DNA of 64,000 nt from an uncultured Prevotellaceae bacterium (GCA_947167455.1 CAMVIB010000013.1:882-64881); one strand, 5' to 3'. Shown: positions 40,590 to 50,504, counted from the stretch's first letter. The notes: generated by a model from the sequence alone, not told the origin. A program made the numbers and translations.

Positions 40590-43205
40590 GTGAATCTCAA
40601 ACGCCTCATACCCGACATCATAGCCATAGCCTTCTTCGTGGCTCTGGCATTCGCATACTTCGCAGACCCCGTCAGCAAGGGCTATGTCCTCACAGGGCAT
40701 GACCACAGCGGAGGGGCAGGGGCTTCGTCGGAGATGGAGGCATACCGCGCAAGCCACGACGGCGAGCGCACACGCTGGACGAACACACTCTTCTCCGGCA
40801 TGCCGACCTGGCAGATGTCGCCGTCATACGACAGCACCGACCGTCTGACACGCGTAGAGGAGGTCTATAAGCTCTTCCTCCCCGACTATGTCGTGCTGGT
40901 GTTCGTGATGCTTCTGGGCTTCTACATCATGCTCCGAGCCTTTGACTTCAAGGCTTGGATGGCGGCATTAGGTGCTGTGATGTGGGCTTTCTCAAGCTAT
41001 TACTTTATTATAATAGGTGCCGGCCACATCTGGAAGTTCTACACGCTGGCCTTCATCCCGCCCACGGTGGCGGGCATGGTGCTGTGCTACCGCGGGCGCT
41101 ATGGCTGGGGCTTCGTGGTGACAGCGTTCTTCATGGCGTTGCAGATACTCTCCAACCACGTCCAGATGACCTATTACTTCGCTGCCGTGCTGGCAGCCCT
41201 GGCGCTGGCATTCCTCTTCGCCGAGCCCGTCACTACGGCAGAGAGCACAGATACGACGGCTGCGACGACGCGCCGCACGTCATTCGTCCGCTGGCTCAAG
41301 GCCACCGCTGTCTTCGGGGCAGGATGCCTGCTGGGCATCGCCATCAATGCCTCCAACCTCTTCCACACGTGGCAGTACAGCAAGGAGACCATGCGCAGCC
41401 GCAGCGAACTCACCAGCAAGAACAAGGACGCCGCCGACCAGACCGGCAGCGGACTCGAGCGCTCATACATCACAGCATGGAGCTACGGCATCGGCGAGAC
41501 ATGGTCGCTGCTCGTCCCCAATGTCAAGGGCGGTGCCAGCCAGCCACTGAGCCAGAACGCCACCGCCATGGCAAAGGCCGACCCCAACTTCATCCCTGTC
41601 TATCAGAGCCTCGGACAATACTGGGGCGAGCAGCCGGGCACCAGCGGCCCCGTCTATGTCGGAGCATTCGTGATGTTCCTCTTCGTCCTGGGATGCTTCA
41701 TAGTGAAAGGCCCTGTCAAGTGGGCACTGCTCTTCACTACCGTGCTGAGCATCATGCTCGCATGGGGCAAGAACTTCATGGGGCTCACAGACCTGTTCCT
41801 CGACTACGTGCCGCTGTACGACAAGTTCCGCACCGTGGCATCCATACTCGTCATCGCCGAGTTCACCATACCCCTGCTGGCCATGCTGGCACTGAAGGAG
41901 ATCGTCGGCCGCACGCCAACAGGTGGCACACTCCCACTGGCAGGAGGCATTCGTCCGTGGGCCATCGCCGCAGCTCTCACCGCAGGAGCCTGCCTGCTCT
42001 TCTGGCTTATGCCTGACATCTTCTTCGGCAACTACATCAGCAGCAGCGAGACAGCGATGTTGCAGGATGCTGCCACCCAAGGCTATATCCCTAAGGAGAT
42101 GCTGGCACCCATCATGCAGAACCTCAGCGACATGCGCCGGGCCATGTTCACCGCCGACGCCGGACGCTCGCTCGTCATCATCATTGTCGGGGTGGCCATC
42201 CTACTGACCTTCAGCTACGGCAAGATAAAGGCATGGGCCATGGTGGCGTGCACCATAGTGCTCTGCACTGCCGACCTCTGGGACATCGACAAGCGTTACC
42301 TCAACGACACCATGTTCTCGGCTCCGCAGCCACCGGCACAGTTCTTCAAGAAGACGGCGACCGACGAAGCCATCCTTCAGGACACCACACCATATTACCG
42401 TGTGCTGAACCTCAGCGTCTCCACCTTCAACGACAACACCACCTCCTATTGGCACAAGAGCATAGGCGGCTATCACGCTGCCAAGCTGCGCCGCTATCAG
42501 GAACTCATCGAGAGCCAATTGCAACCCGAGATGATGACCCTCATGCAGGCTGCCGCAGAGGCTGGAGGGCGTCTGGACAGCGTGCGCGGCGACTCGCTCT
42601 ACCCCATGCTCAACATGCTCAACATGCGCTACGTCATCATGCCCACGCAGGGCGGACAGACGGTGCCTCTGCAGAACCCCTGGGCACTGGGCAACGCATG
42701 GTATGCCCGTCAGGTGCGTCTGGCCGACGATGCCGACATGGAGCTGACGTCGCTCAGCAGCATCGACGAGCCGCGGACAGCAATCATAGGCCCCTGCGAC
42801 GCACGACCCACGAAGGCAGACCTCGATGCCGACACGTCGCTGAAGCCCGGAACGGGCAACATCACCCTGACATCCTATGAGGCCAATCGCCTCACCTTCC
42901 GCAGTGAAGGGTCGCAGGGCGTGGCCGTGTTCTCAGACATCTACTACCCTGGCTGGCGATGCACCGTGGATGGCAAGCCTACGGAGATACTGCGTGCCAA
43001 CTACGTCCTGCGTGCCATCGTGCTGCCCGAGGGCAAACATGAGATATGCTTCACCTTCGACCCACAGTCGCTACATGTCACAGAGACAGTGGCCGACATA
43101 TCGCTACTGCTACTGCTCATAGCGGCCTTGGCACTCGCAATCCGTGACATAATACGCCTGCGCACACACACACTTCACCAACACACGCCACACACGCTCC
43201 TGTAG
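40590..43205 (+). CDS. YfhO-family polytopic membrane protein (GT-C-like glycosyltransferase)
   Basis: The sequence reads ...RLIPDIIAIAFFVALAFAYF... then GERTRWTNTLFSGMPTWQMSPSY, typical of Bacteroidota YfhO proteins. I prefer the GTG start at 40590 because the track start (GTG 40527) lies inside the rpsO terminator stem. The last 10 nt overlap the tRNA gene. Confidence 0.75.
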   Translation: MNLKRLIPDIIAIAFFVALAFAYFADPVSKGYVLTGHDHSGGAGASSEMEAYRASHDGERTRWTNTLFSGMPTWQMSPSYDSTDRLTRVEEVYKLFLPDYVVLVFVMLLGFYIMLRAFDFKAWMAALGAVMWAFSSYYFIIIGAGHIWKFYTLAFIPPTVAGMVLCYRGRYGWGFVVTAFFMALQILSNHVQMTYYFAAVLAALALAFLFAEPVTTAESTDTTAATTRRTSFVRWLKATAVFGAGCLLGIAINASNLFHTWQYSKETMRSRSELTSKNKDAADQTGSGLERSYITAWSYGIGETWSLLVPNVKGGASQPLSQNATAMAKADPNFIPVYQSLGQYWGEQPGTSGPVYVGAFVMFLFVLGCFIVKGPVKWALLFTTVLSIMLAWGKNFMGLTDLFLDYVPLYDKFRTVASILVIAEFTIPLLAMLALKEIVGRTPTGGTLPLAGGIRPWAIAAALTAGACLLFWLMPDIFFGNYISSSETAMLQDAATQGYIPKEMLAPIMQNLSDMRRAMFTADAGRSLVIIIVGVAILLTFSYGKIKAWAMVACTIVLCTADLWDIDKRYLNDTMFSAPQPPAQFFKKTATDEAILQDTTPYYRVLNLSVSTFNDNTTSYWHKSIGGYHAAKLRRYQELIESQLQPEMMTLMQAAAEAGGRLDSVRGDSLYPMLNMLNMRYVIMPTQGGQTVPLQNPWALGNAWYARQVRLADDADMELTSLSSIDEPRTAIIGPCDARPTKADLDADTSLKPGTGNITLTSYEANRLTFRSEGSQGVAVFSDIYYPGWRCTVDGKPTEILRANYVLRAIVLPEGKHEICFTFDPQSLHVTETVADISLLLLLIAALALAIRDIIRLRTHTLHQHTPHTLL

Positions 43206-43267
43206 TTCAATGGATAGAATAGAGGTTTCCTAAACCTTTGATCCGGGTTCGATTCCCGGCGGGAGTA
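43196..43267 (+). tRNA. tRNA-Arg (anticodon CCT)
   Basis: Hand-folded cloverleaf. The acceptor stem is GCTCCTG/CGGGAGT with two G:U pairs. The D arm is GTTC-AATGGATA-GAAT. The anticodon arm is GAGGT-TTCCTAA-ACCTT. The T arm is CCGGG-TTCGATT-CCCGG. The discriminator is A and no CCA is encoded. Confidence 0.85.
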
Positions 43268-43383
43268 CTGAGACACGACGAGGCTTGTCGTTGCTGCGGC
43301 AACACCAAGGCATTATTGCATCTTTTTAGCAAAGCGATTGCATCTTTTCACACTTTTCTTTCGTCCATTACGCAAAGATGCCG

Positions 43384-43391
43384 TATTTTTG
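43384..43391 (+). promoter_or_regulatory. -7 promoter box (TAttTTTG)
   Basis: It lies 26 nt upstream of ATG 43417. Confidence 0.5.
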
Positions 43392-43416
43392 CAGCCGCTA
43401 CAACAAGCCTACACAC

Positions 43417-44076
43417 ATGAGACACTGGTTCATATTACTAATGTTGGCAGTCATGGCACCCGCCGTGGCGCAGGACAGCGTGGTTGTCGTTGACGACGAT
43501 TTCGTGCTGCCCGAGGGCGAGACACCTTTAGACCCCGACATGAAGCTCACACGACTGGTGTTCTATCGCTACAAGACCCCCGACATCATCGACGGCGACA
43601 CCATGTGGACATATCTCATGCCCGAGCTGCCGGTGTATAGGCCCAAGGTCTTCAAGAGCGAGCGCGAGCGCCGCCGCTACACGCGCCTCATCTACAATGT
43701 GAAACGTGTGCTGCCCTTGGCACGCAAGGCCAACATGATGCTTCAGGAGACCTACGAGGTGCTCGAGACACTCCCCACGAAACGCGAGAAGGACGAGCAC
43801 ATCAAGGCCGTGGAGCGCGACATCAGGAAGCAATATACCCCGGAGATGAAGAAGCTCACTTTCTCGCAGGGCAAACTGCTCATAAAACTCGTGGACCGCG
43901 AGTGCAACCAGACGAGTTTTGAAATCGTCAAGGCCTTCCTCGGGCCCTTCCGTGCCGGCTTCTATCAGGTGTTTGCATGGACCTTCAAGGCCAGCCTCAA
44001 GAAGCAGTACGACCCAGAGGGCGAGGATGCTGAGATAGAACGGATTGTGCGGCAGATAGAGGCGGGACAGCTGTAG
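43417..44076 (+). CDS. DUF4294-like secreted protein
   Basis: The start MRHWFILLMLAVMAPAVAQ is a signal peptide. The conserved-looking block KLTFSQGKLLIKLVDRECNQTSFEIVKAFLG is typical of this Bacteroidota family. Confidence 0.55.
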   Translation: MRHWFILLMLAVMAPAVAQDSVVVVDDDFVLPEGETPLDPDMKLTRLVFYRYKTPDIIDGDTMWTYLMPELPVYRPKVFKSERERRRYTRLIYNVKRVLPLARKANMMLQETYEVLETLPTKREKDEHIKAVERDIRKQYTPEMKKLTFSQGKLLIKLVDRECNQTSFEIVKAFLGPFRAGFYQVFAWTFKASLKKQYDPEGEDAEIERIVRQIEAGQL

Positions 44077-44081
44077 TCTTG

Positions 44082-45539
44082 TCAACGGTCGCGCCAGAAC
44101 ACCCTCGTGAAGAGCACGAGCACACTCATTATCTCCAGACGGCCCATCAGCATCAGCAGCGTGAGCATAAGCTTGACGCCTTCGGGCAAAATGTTCCACG
44201 ACATCGTGGGGCCTATCTCCAGACCCAGTGTCGGCCCCACGTTGCTGGCACAGCTGAAGGCGATGGTGATACTGTTGGTGCTATCCACGCCGGCGAGAAT
44301 CATGATGACGTATGTCACGAAGCACATGCCGAAATACGCTGCGAAGAATGCCAACAGCGTCACCTGTGCCGAATAGTTGACACTCACGCTGCCGGCACGT
44401 GTGGGCAGCACGGCATTGGGGTGTAGCAGACGCCGCAACTCGTTGCGCACGATTTGCAGCAGCAGCACGCAGCGTATGCATTTGAAGCCGCCCGACGTGC
44501 TGCCCGAGCAGCCGCCGACGAACATGCACAGCGTGAGCACCACCCACGTGATGTGCGGCCATTGGCCGGCATCATCGTTGAAGACTCCCGTAGTGGTGAT
44601 GAACGACACCACCTGGAAGAGGCCGTAGCGCACGGCATCGGCCACGTCGTAGCCACATGAATGCCATAGCGTGAAGGAGATGACGGTCGTGGCCACGGCG
44701 ATGACGCTGACATAGAAGCGCAGTTCGCTGTTGTGCAGGAAGTCACGCCATTTGTGCTTGAAGAGCGCCATATAGAGCAGGGTGAAGCTGATGCCGCAGA
44801 GGAACATGAAGACGATGGCCGTGTAGTCGATGGCGACATTGTGGAAATAGCCGGTACTGCCATTGTGGGTGGCGAAGCCGCCCGTTGCCGCCACTGTCAT
44901 GGCATAGTTGACACTGTCGAAGCCGTCCATGCCCTCGACGTAGAAGCATGCTGCACAGGCCAGTGTCAGGGTGAGATATATGCCCCATATCCAGCGCCCT
45001 GTGGTGCTCAGACGCGGGTGCATCTTCGTGCGCATCGGCCCTGTGGCCTCGGCGGCAAAGACACGAACCGTGCCGCCCACCATCGACGGTATCACGGCAA
45101 TGGTGAAGAACACGATGCCCAGTCCGCCGATCCACTGCGTCAGGCTTCGCCAGAACAGCAGGGCGTGTGTCAGGCTCTCCACATCGTCGATAAGGCTCGC
45201 CCCGGTAGTGGTGAAGCCGGACATCGTCTCGAAGAAGGCATCTATGGGTCGCTCGACGGCACCGGTGAGCAGGAAAGGAATGGCGCCGAAGACGCTGAAC
45301 ACCACCCACACCATCGACACCACGAGATACGAGTCTCGACGCGTCATGACCGACGGTGCGCTGCGCCCCAGATAAATCATCAGCAGCGCTGCCGCGAGGG
45401 TGATGGCGGCCGATATTCCGAAGGCCGCAACGTCGCTCTCGCCGTAGGCACATGCCAGGACAAGGCAGCACATCAGGAAAGCCACCTCCAGCAGCAGCAG
45501 CTGTCCGAGGATTTTGGATATGAGGTTCCAGTTTATCAT
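44082..45539 (-). CDS. trkH: TrkH-family potassium uptake protein
   Basis: This is a polytopic protein with repeated pore-loop-like segments (TTTGAS, ATGGF, TTTGVF, GGCSGSTSGG). The start is set at ATG 45539, which overlaps the upstream stop as ATGA. Confidence 0.85.
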   Translation of the reverse strand: MINWNLISKILGQLLLLEVAFLMCCLVLACAYGESDVAAFGISAAITLAAALLMIYLGRSAPSVMTRRDSYLVVSMVWVVFSVFGAIPFLLTGAVERPIDAFFETMSGFTTTGASLIDDVESLTHALLFWRSLTQWIGGLGIVFFTIAVIPSMVGGTVRVFAAEATGPMRTKMHPRLSTTGRWIWGIYLTLTLACAACFYVEGMDGFDSVNYAMTVAATGGFATHNGSTGYFHNVAIDYTAIVFMFLCGISFTLLYMALFKHKWRDFLHNSELRFYVSVIAVATTVISFTLWHSCGYDVADAVRYGLFQVVSFITTTGVFNDDAGQWPHITWVVLTLCMFVGGCSGSTSGGFKCIRCVLLLQIVRNELRRLLHPNAVLPTRAGSVSVNYSAQVTLLAFFAAYFGMCFVTYVIMILAGVDSTNSITIAFSCASNVGPTLGLEIGPTMSWNILPEGVKLMLTLLMLMGRLEIMSVLVLFTRVFWRDR

Positions 45540-46003
45540 ATTGCTCGCTGACAGTCGGGGCATAGCCCTTTCACAAGGAAGTTAACACCCTCGGCGGCAA
45601 AGCCCTCGGGCATGTCAATCTGTGGCACATGAAGGCTGCGCAGGCAGAAGGTGCGCTGGCACGAGTGGCAGTAGAAGTGTATGTGCTGGTCGTCGCTGCT
45701 CATGTGGTCGTCGCTGTCGCACCACTCGTAGAGAGCCATGCCCGTGCCGTCCTCGATGACGTGCACCAGGTGTGCCTCGGCCATCACCGCCAGGGTCCGG
45801 AATATCGTGCTGCGGTCAACGGTGTCGAGCACATCGTCGAGTTCACGTAGCGACATGGCATGTCTGTGTGTCGCCAATGCCCGCATCACCATCAGACGTG
45901 TCGATGTGGGTCGTACGCCATGGCTCTCGAGCCTTGCGGCAAAGTCTTCGGCTTTGTGATTCAATTGTCTTCGTGGTTTGATAATTAATTCGTGGTATGG
46001 CAC
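45536..46003 (-). CDS. Fur-family metalloregulator
   Basis: The protein is 155 aa with a GTG start. The winged-helix segment is RPTSTRLMVMRALATHRHAMSLRELDD. It has two CxxC pairs (CHSC and CPDC). Confidence 0.8.
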   Translation of the reverse strand: MPYHELIIKPRRQLNHKAEDFAARLESHGVRPTSTRLMVMRALATHRHAMSLRELDDVLDTVDRSTIFRTLAVMAEAHLVHVIEDGTGMALYEWCDSDDHMSSDDQHIHFYCHSCQRTFCLRSLHVPQIDMPEGFAAEGVNFLVKGLCPDCQRAI

Positions 46004-46018
46004 TTAAAGTACACACCT

Positions 46019-47053
46019 TCAGTAGTCGAATGTCGAACCTCCGAGGAACTCGCGCACGAGGGATGTCAGCGGTATCTGCTTGTCGGGAATGGGTTCGAAG
46101 CCCTCGAGCAGCTGCAGGAGGCGGCGAGCCTCGCTGCCCTCGTAGGTGTCGGGTGGCACCTGTCGCAGCAGGGGTTCCACATGTGGGCGGAAGACAGCGA
46201 GCTCATATATCAGGGCGCTGTTGACCATCATGTCGGCATTATCCTGGAAGGGGAAGATCCATTTCTCCTCTCCGGCTCTCACGCTCGGCCATCGGTGAAT
46301 GGTCTCTGTGGCCGAGTAGTTGCGGAATTTGCTGTCGCGCACGATGCGTCTGAGCAGGCGGTTGTCGGACGTCGATATGCGGCGCTCGCTGTCGAGCTGA
46401 ATCGTTGTGAGTGCGCTGACGTAAAGCAGGAACTTGCACTCCTCCGGCACATCGCGTGTGAGGTCGGGGTTCAGCGCGTGTATCCCCTCCACGATGAGCA
46501 CATGTTCGGGCGTCAGCTGCAACTTACGCCCGCTGGGAATATTCTTTCCTGTGTGGAAGTCGTACTTCGGCAGCTCTACGGTCTCGCCCGCCAACAGGGC
46601 ATTGAGATGTTCGTTGAAGAGAGGCACGTTGAGTGCTCCCAGGCACTCGAAGTCGTATTCGCCCTTCTCGTCGCGAGGCGTCAACTCGCGATCCAGGAAG
46701 TAGTCGTCCATAGATATCGACACGGGCCACAGCCCCTCGGCCGACAGCTGCACGGCCAGACGTTTGGCGGTGGTGGTCTTGCCGCTGCTACTGGGACCTG
46801 CCAGCATCACCAGCCGTGTGCCGAGCTGCTTGATCTCGGAGGCCACCTTGGCGAGCTTGCGCTCCTGCAGGGCCTCTGTGACGAGTATCACCTCGGACGC
46901 GTAGCCCTCGCGCACGGCAGTGTTGAGTTCGGCCACGGTGGTGAGCCCCACAATCTCCTGCCAGCGACGGTTCTCGCACATCAGCAGGTGGAGCTTGCGC
47001 GACAAGGCGCGTCCTCCTGCGTGTGCCGATGTTATTCCTTCTGTTGTAATCAT
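46019..47053 (-). CDS. P-loop nucleoside kinase (uridine kinase / phosphoribulokinase family)-like protein
   Basis: The Walker A motif is GPSSSGKTT. It is followed by uridine-kinase-like blocks (LIVEGIHALNP and RRIVRDSKFRNY). Confidence 0.65.
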   Translation of the reverse strand: MITTEGITSAHAGGRALSRKLHLLMCENRRWQEIVGLTTVAELNTAVREGYASEVILVTEALQERKLAKVASEIKQLGTRLVMLAGPSSSGKTTTAKRLAVQLSAEGLWPVSISMDDYFLDRELTPRDEKGEYDFECLGALNVPLFNEHLNALLAGETVELPKYDFHTGKNIPSGRKLQLTPEHVLIVEGIHALNPDLTRDVPEECKFLLYVSALTTIQLDSERRISTSDNRLLRRIVRDSKFRNYSATETIHRWPSVRAGEEKWIFPFQDNADMMVNSALIYELAVFRPHVEPLLRQVPPDTYEGSEARRLLQLLEGFEPIPDKQIPLTSLVREFLGGSTFDY

Positions 47054-47124
47054 AGTCGTTGTGTCTTTGGCTTTTGTGAATGAATGACTGCTGGCCGCGG
47101 CGATACGGCATCACTGTGTCATCG

Positions 47125-47847
47125 TTAGCCCTGAGCCGCGGTATCGGTATTGGTGAGCATCGCAGTGAGCTCCTTCATGCCCTCGCCGGCACCTTTCATG
47201 ATATGGCGGAAGGGATGGTCGGTGTGCCATGCCACAGGCTTTGGGTCGATGAGGAAGATGGGGCAGTCGCGTGCGGCGAAGTTCACGAGTCCCGCTGCCG
47301 GATAGACGTTGAGGCTCGTGCCTATCACCACGAGGATGTCGGCACGCATCACCTCATCGGCGGCACGCTCTATCTCCGGCACCGCCTCGCCGAACCACAC
47401 GATGAAAGGTCGGAGCTGGCTGCCGTCGGCGGCGCGGTCGCCGATGCTGATGTCCTGCTGCGGTGCGAGAGTCACGATTTGCGACGGGTCGTTGGGCGAC
47501 AGCGTCGATGTGGCCTTCATCAGTTCGCCGTGCAGGTGGATGATGTCTGTCGAGCCGGCACGCTCGTGCAGGTCATCGACGTTCTGCGTCACCACCGTGA
47601 CGTCGAAGTGGCGTTCCAGCTCTGCCACGAGTACGTGGCCCAGACATGGCTTGACGGAGAGCAGTTGGCGACGGCGCTCGTTGTAGAAGTTAATCACTAA
47701 CTCAGGGTTGCGGACATATCCATCTATGGACGCTACGTCCTCCACACGATATTGTTCCCACAGCCCTCCGGAGTCCCTGAAGGTGCTTATGCCGCTCTCT
47801 GCCGACATGCCGGCACCGGTGAGCACGACGATATGTTTCCTTGCCAT
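47125..47847 (-). CDS. cobB: NAD-dependent protein deacylase (Sir2/CobB family)
   Basis: The protein is 240 aa with the motifs VLTGAGMSAESGISTFRD and VTQNVDDLHERAG. Confidence 0.88.
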   Translation of the reverse strand: MARKHIVVLTGAGMSAESGISTFRDSGGLWEQYRVEDVASIDGYVRNPELVINFYNERRRQLLSVKPCLGHVLVAELERHFDVTVVTQNVDDLHERAGSTDIIHLHGELMKATSTLSPNDPSQIVTLAPQQDISIGDRAADGSQLRPFIVWFGEAVPEIERAADEVMRADILVVIGTSLNVYPAAGLVNFAARDCPIFLIDPKPVAWHTDHPFRHIMKGAGEGMKELTAMLTNTDTAAQG

Positions 47848-47897
47848 GACATTGATGTTTTTGTTGTAATGCGGTTACATTTGAGCTTTCTGAGCAG

Positions 47898-47905
47898 CAA
47901 AAGTA
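47898..47905 (-). promoter_or_regulatory. -7 promoter box (TActTTTG) for the cobB operon
   Basis: CAAAAGTA on the plus strand lies 51 nt upstream of ATG 47847. Confidence 0.5.
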
Positions 47906-47979
47906 GGCAAAAGATACGAATGTTGGCACTTTTCTGCGATAAAAAAGTTTAAAATAGCTGTTGTTCACGTAAAAAGCAG

Positions 47980-47987
47980 TAACTTTG
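47980..47987 (+). promoter_or_regulatory. -7 promoter box (TAacTTTG) for the FKBP gene array
   Basis: It lies 38 nt upstream of ATG 48025. Confidence 0.55.
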
Positions 47988-48024
47988 CGGCCGATTTCTC
48001 AGAAAAGACAAAACAACGACACAC

Positions 48025-48609
48025 ATGAACAAAATCAGTTACGCCCTTGGGATGGGCATCGGCCAGCAGCTCAAGAGCATGGGCATCGAGGACTTCAACG
48101 TCCAGGATTTCACCCAGAGCATCTGCGACGTCCTCACCGACGCCACTCCCGCCATGTCCCACCGCGAGGCCCAGCAGCTTCTCAATGAGTATTTCGACAA
48201 GCAAGCCCGTTCCCAGGCCGAGTCAACCATAGCAGAGGGCAAGGCCTTCCTCGAGGCCAACGCCACCCGCGACGGCGTGGTGACCACCAAGAGCGGCCTT
48301 CAGTACGAAGTCCTCAGGGAGGGAACGGGTCGCAGCCCCAAGGCCACCGACAGCGTACGCTGCCACTACGAGGGCACGCTCATCAACGGCACCGTCTTCG
48401 ACAGCAGCTACCGCCGCGGCGAGCCCGCCGACTTCCCGCTCAACGGAGTCATACCGGGATGGACGGAAGGCGTCCAGCTCATGAAGGAGGGTGCCAAGTA
48501 CCGTTTCTACATACCATACCTCCTCGGCTACGGCGAGCGCGGTGCCGGCAGCTCAATACCACCCTATGCCACACTCATCTTCGATGTCGAGCTCGTCAAG
48601 GTGCTCTGA
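48025..48609 (+). CDS. FKBP-type peptidyl-prolyl cis-trans isomerase (cytoplasmic, FklB-like)
   Basis: The protein is 194 aa. The FKBP domain reads GLQYEVLREGTG...[16 protein letters not shown]...VIPGWTEG...IPPYATLIFDVELV. Confidence 0.9.
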   Translation: MNKISYALGMGIGQQLKSMGIEDFNVQDFTQSICDVLTDATPAMSHREAQQLLNEYFDKQARSQAESTIAEGKAFLEANATRDGVVTTKSGLQYEVLREGTGRSPKATDSVRCHYEGTLINGTVFDSSYRRGEPADFPLNGVIPGWTEGVQLMKEGAKYRFYIPYLLGYGERGAGSSIPPYATLIFDVELVKVL

Positions 48610-48689
48610 GCCTGGCAGAAGGCAGTGCATACCCCGTGAGACAACAAAACAGCATAAACTTTAATTTAAAAAAACAAAACAAAACGACA

Positions 48690-49559
48690 ATGAAAAAGTT
48701 TGCATTCATCGCAGCAGCTGCCGTGGCATCATTCATGGCATCCTGCACACAGTCAACGCCTAATGCCAGCATGAAGACGGACATCGACACCCTAAGCTAC
48801 GCCATCGGCATGAGCCAGACACAGGGTCTGAAGGACTACCTCGTGATGCGAATGGGCGTCGATACGATGTATATCGATGACTTCCTCAAGGGCTTCGCCG
48901 AGAGCGTGAAGAGCTCCGAGAACCCCAAGAAGACAGCCTACTATGCCGGTCTGCAGATCGGTCAGCAGGTGAGCCAGGGCATGCTCAAGAACATCAACCA
49001 GATGATCTTCGGCGAGGACAGCACGAAGACTGTCAACGAGAACAACCTCTACGCCGGCTTCATGGCTGCCGTGGCAGGCAAGGAAAGCATCATGACCGTT
49101 GACTCTGCCAATGCCTATGTTCAGGCCAACATGGAGCGCATCCAGAAGGCTCAGCGCGAGGTTCAGTATGGCGAGAACAAGAAGGCCGGTGAGGACTACA
49201 TGGCCAAGATTGCCAAGAAGGACGGCATCAAGGAGCTCGGCAACGGCGTTTACTACGAGGTTCTCACCGAGGGCACCGGCGCCGTGGCTTCCGACACCAC
49301 ACGCGTCAACGTTTTCTATGAGGGCAAGCTCATCGACGGCACCGTCTTCGACAGCAACCTCAAGAACGACGAGCCCACCACCTTCTCACCCGGACAGGTC
49401 ATCCCCGGCTTCAAGGCTGCCCTCACCACTATGCCCGTCGGCTCCAAGTGGATTGTCTATATCCCACAGGATCAGGCCTACGGCGCACAGGACATGGGCA
49501 ACATCAAGCCCTTCTCGGCCCTCGTCTTCACCATCGAGCTCAAGGGCATCGCTGAGTAA
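48690..49559 (+). CDS. FKBP-type peptidyl-prolyl isomerase lipoprotein (FkpA-like)
   Basis: The start MKKFAFIAAAAVASFMASC is a lipobox. The C-terminal FKBP domain reads VFYEGKLIDGTVFDS...VIPGFKAAL. Confidence 0.9.
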   Translation: MKKFAFIAAAAVASFMASCTQSTPNASMKTDIDTLSYAIGMSQTQGLKDYLVMRMGVDTMYIDDFLKGFAESVKSSENPKKTAYYAGLQIGQQVSQGMLKNINQMIFGEDSTKTVNENNLYAGFMAAVAGKESIMTVDSANAYVQANMERIQKAQREVQYGENKKAGEDYMAKIAKKDGIKELGNGVYYEVLTEGTGAVASDTTRVNVFYEGKLIDGTVFDSNLKNDEPTTFSPGQVIPGFKAALTTMPVGSKWIVYIPQDQAYGAQDMGNIKPFSALVFTIELKGIAE

Positions 49560-49586
49560 TTCTCCCACACATACACACATAGCACA

Positions 49587-50480
49587 ATGAAAGCCACACT
49601 ACGAATGGCTGTGCTCGTGCTCGCAGCGCTGGTGTCACTCAACGCCAGCGCTGCTCGCAAACGCAGCAAGAAGAAACAGAAACCCCAGGCCGAGAAGGTC
49701 GATACCGTGAGCATCGACACCTTCAGCTACGCCATGGGCATCGCACAGACCAACGGACTCATCAACTACCTGCAGCAGCGCATGGGCGTTGACCCCAAGT
49801 ATATGTCCGACTTCCTCCAGGGCTTCGACCAGAGCCAGCTCACCGAGGCCGACATGCGCATGAAGGCCCGTCTGGCAGGCATGGAGATACGTCAGCAGGT
49901 TGAGGGGCAGATGATCAAGCAGGTGAACCGCCAGATTGACGACTCCCTCGACCTCGTCAACACGCAGCTCCTCGTCATGGGCTTCCGCCAGGCACTGGCC
50001 GGCGAGGCCACCTACAGCACCGACAGCGCCCAGGCCATCACACAGCGCCAGCTCGACTTCTACCACAAACAGCGCATGGAGAAGAAGTATGGAAAGAACC
50101 GCACCGACGGCGAGGCTTTCCTCAAGGAGAATGCCAAGCGCGACAGCGTTAAGACCACCGCCAGCGGCCTGCAGTACAAGGTCATCACCGTCGGCACTGG
50201 CGACGTACCCACGGCCACCGACCGCGTGAAGGTGAACTACGAAGGCCGCCTCACCGACGGCACCGTCTTCGATAGCAGCTACAAGCGCAACCAACCCGCC
50301 ACCTTCGCATGCAACCAGGTCATCAAGGGCTGGACAGAGGCCCTCACCATGATGCCCGTAGGCTCGAAATGGGAAATCTACATCCCCCAGGAACTTGGCT
50401 ACGCCGACCGCGAGGCAGGCAAGATACCGCCATTCTCAACACTCATCTTCACCGTGGAGCTGTTGGAAATAGTGAAATAA
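49587..50480 (+). CDS. FKBP-type peptidyl-prolyl isomerase, secreted
   Basis: The protein has a signal peptide and the FKBP domain [16 protein letters not shown]...VIKGWTEAL...[14 protein letters not shown]. Confidence 0.9.
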   Translation: MKATLRMAVLVLAALVSLNASAARKRSKKKQKPQAEKVDTVSIDTFSYAMGIAQTNGLINYLQQRMGVDPKYMSDFLQGFDQSQLTEADMRMKARLAGMEIRQQVEGQMIKQVNRQIDDSLDLVNTQLLVMGFRQALAGEATYSTDSAQAITQRQLDFYHKQRMEKKYGKNRTDGEAFLKENAKRDSVKTTASGLQYKVITVGTGDVPTATDRVKVNYEGRLTDGTVFDSSYKRNQPATFACNQVIKGWTEALTMMPVGSKWEIYIPQELGYADREAGKIPPFSTLIFTVELLEIVK

Positions 50481-50504
50481 AAACGCATCTTGACAGCTAA
50501 CAAG

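Noticed and set aside
46019-47053. The possibility that the P-loop kinase gene is N-terminally truncated relative to longer homologues
   Set aside because: This rests only on my recollection that some Bacteroidales homologues are longer. I see no frameshift or upstream remnant in the 71-nt spacer, so I cannot support a pseudogene call.
47125-47847. The Sir2-domain protein plus adjacent P-loop protein as an anti-phage (Thoeris/DSR/SIR2-HerA-like) system
   Set aside because: The 240-aa protein has the standard CobB deacylase motifs and size, with no TIR, Ago, HerA or large sensor partner. The neighbour looks like a uridine-kinase-family enzyme.
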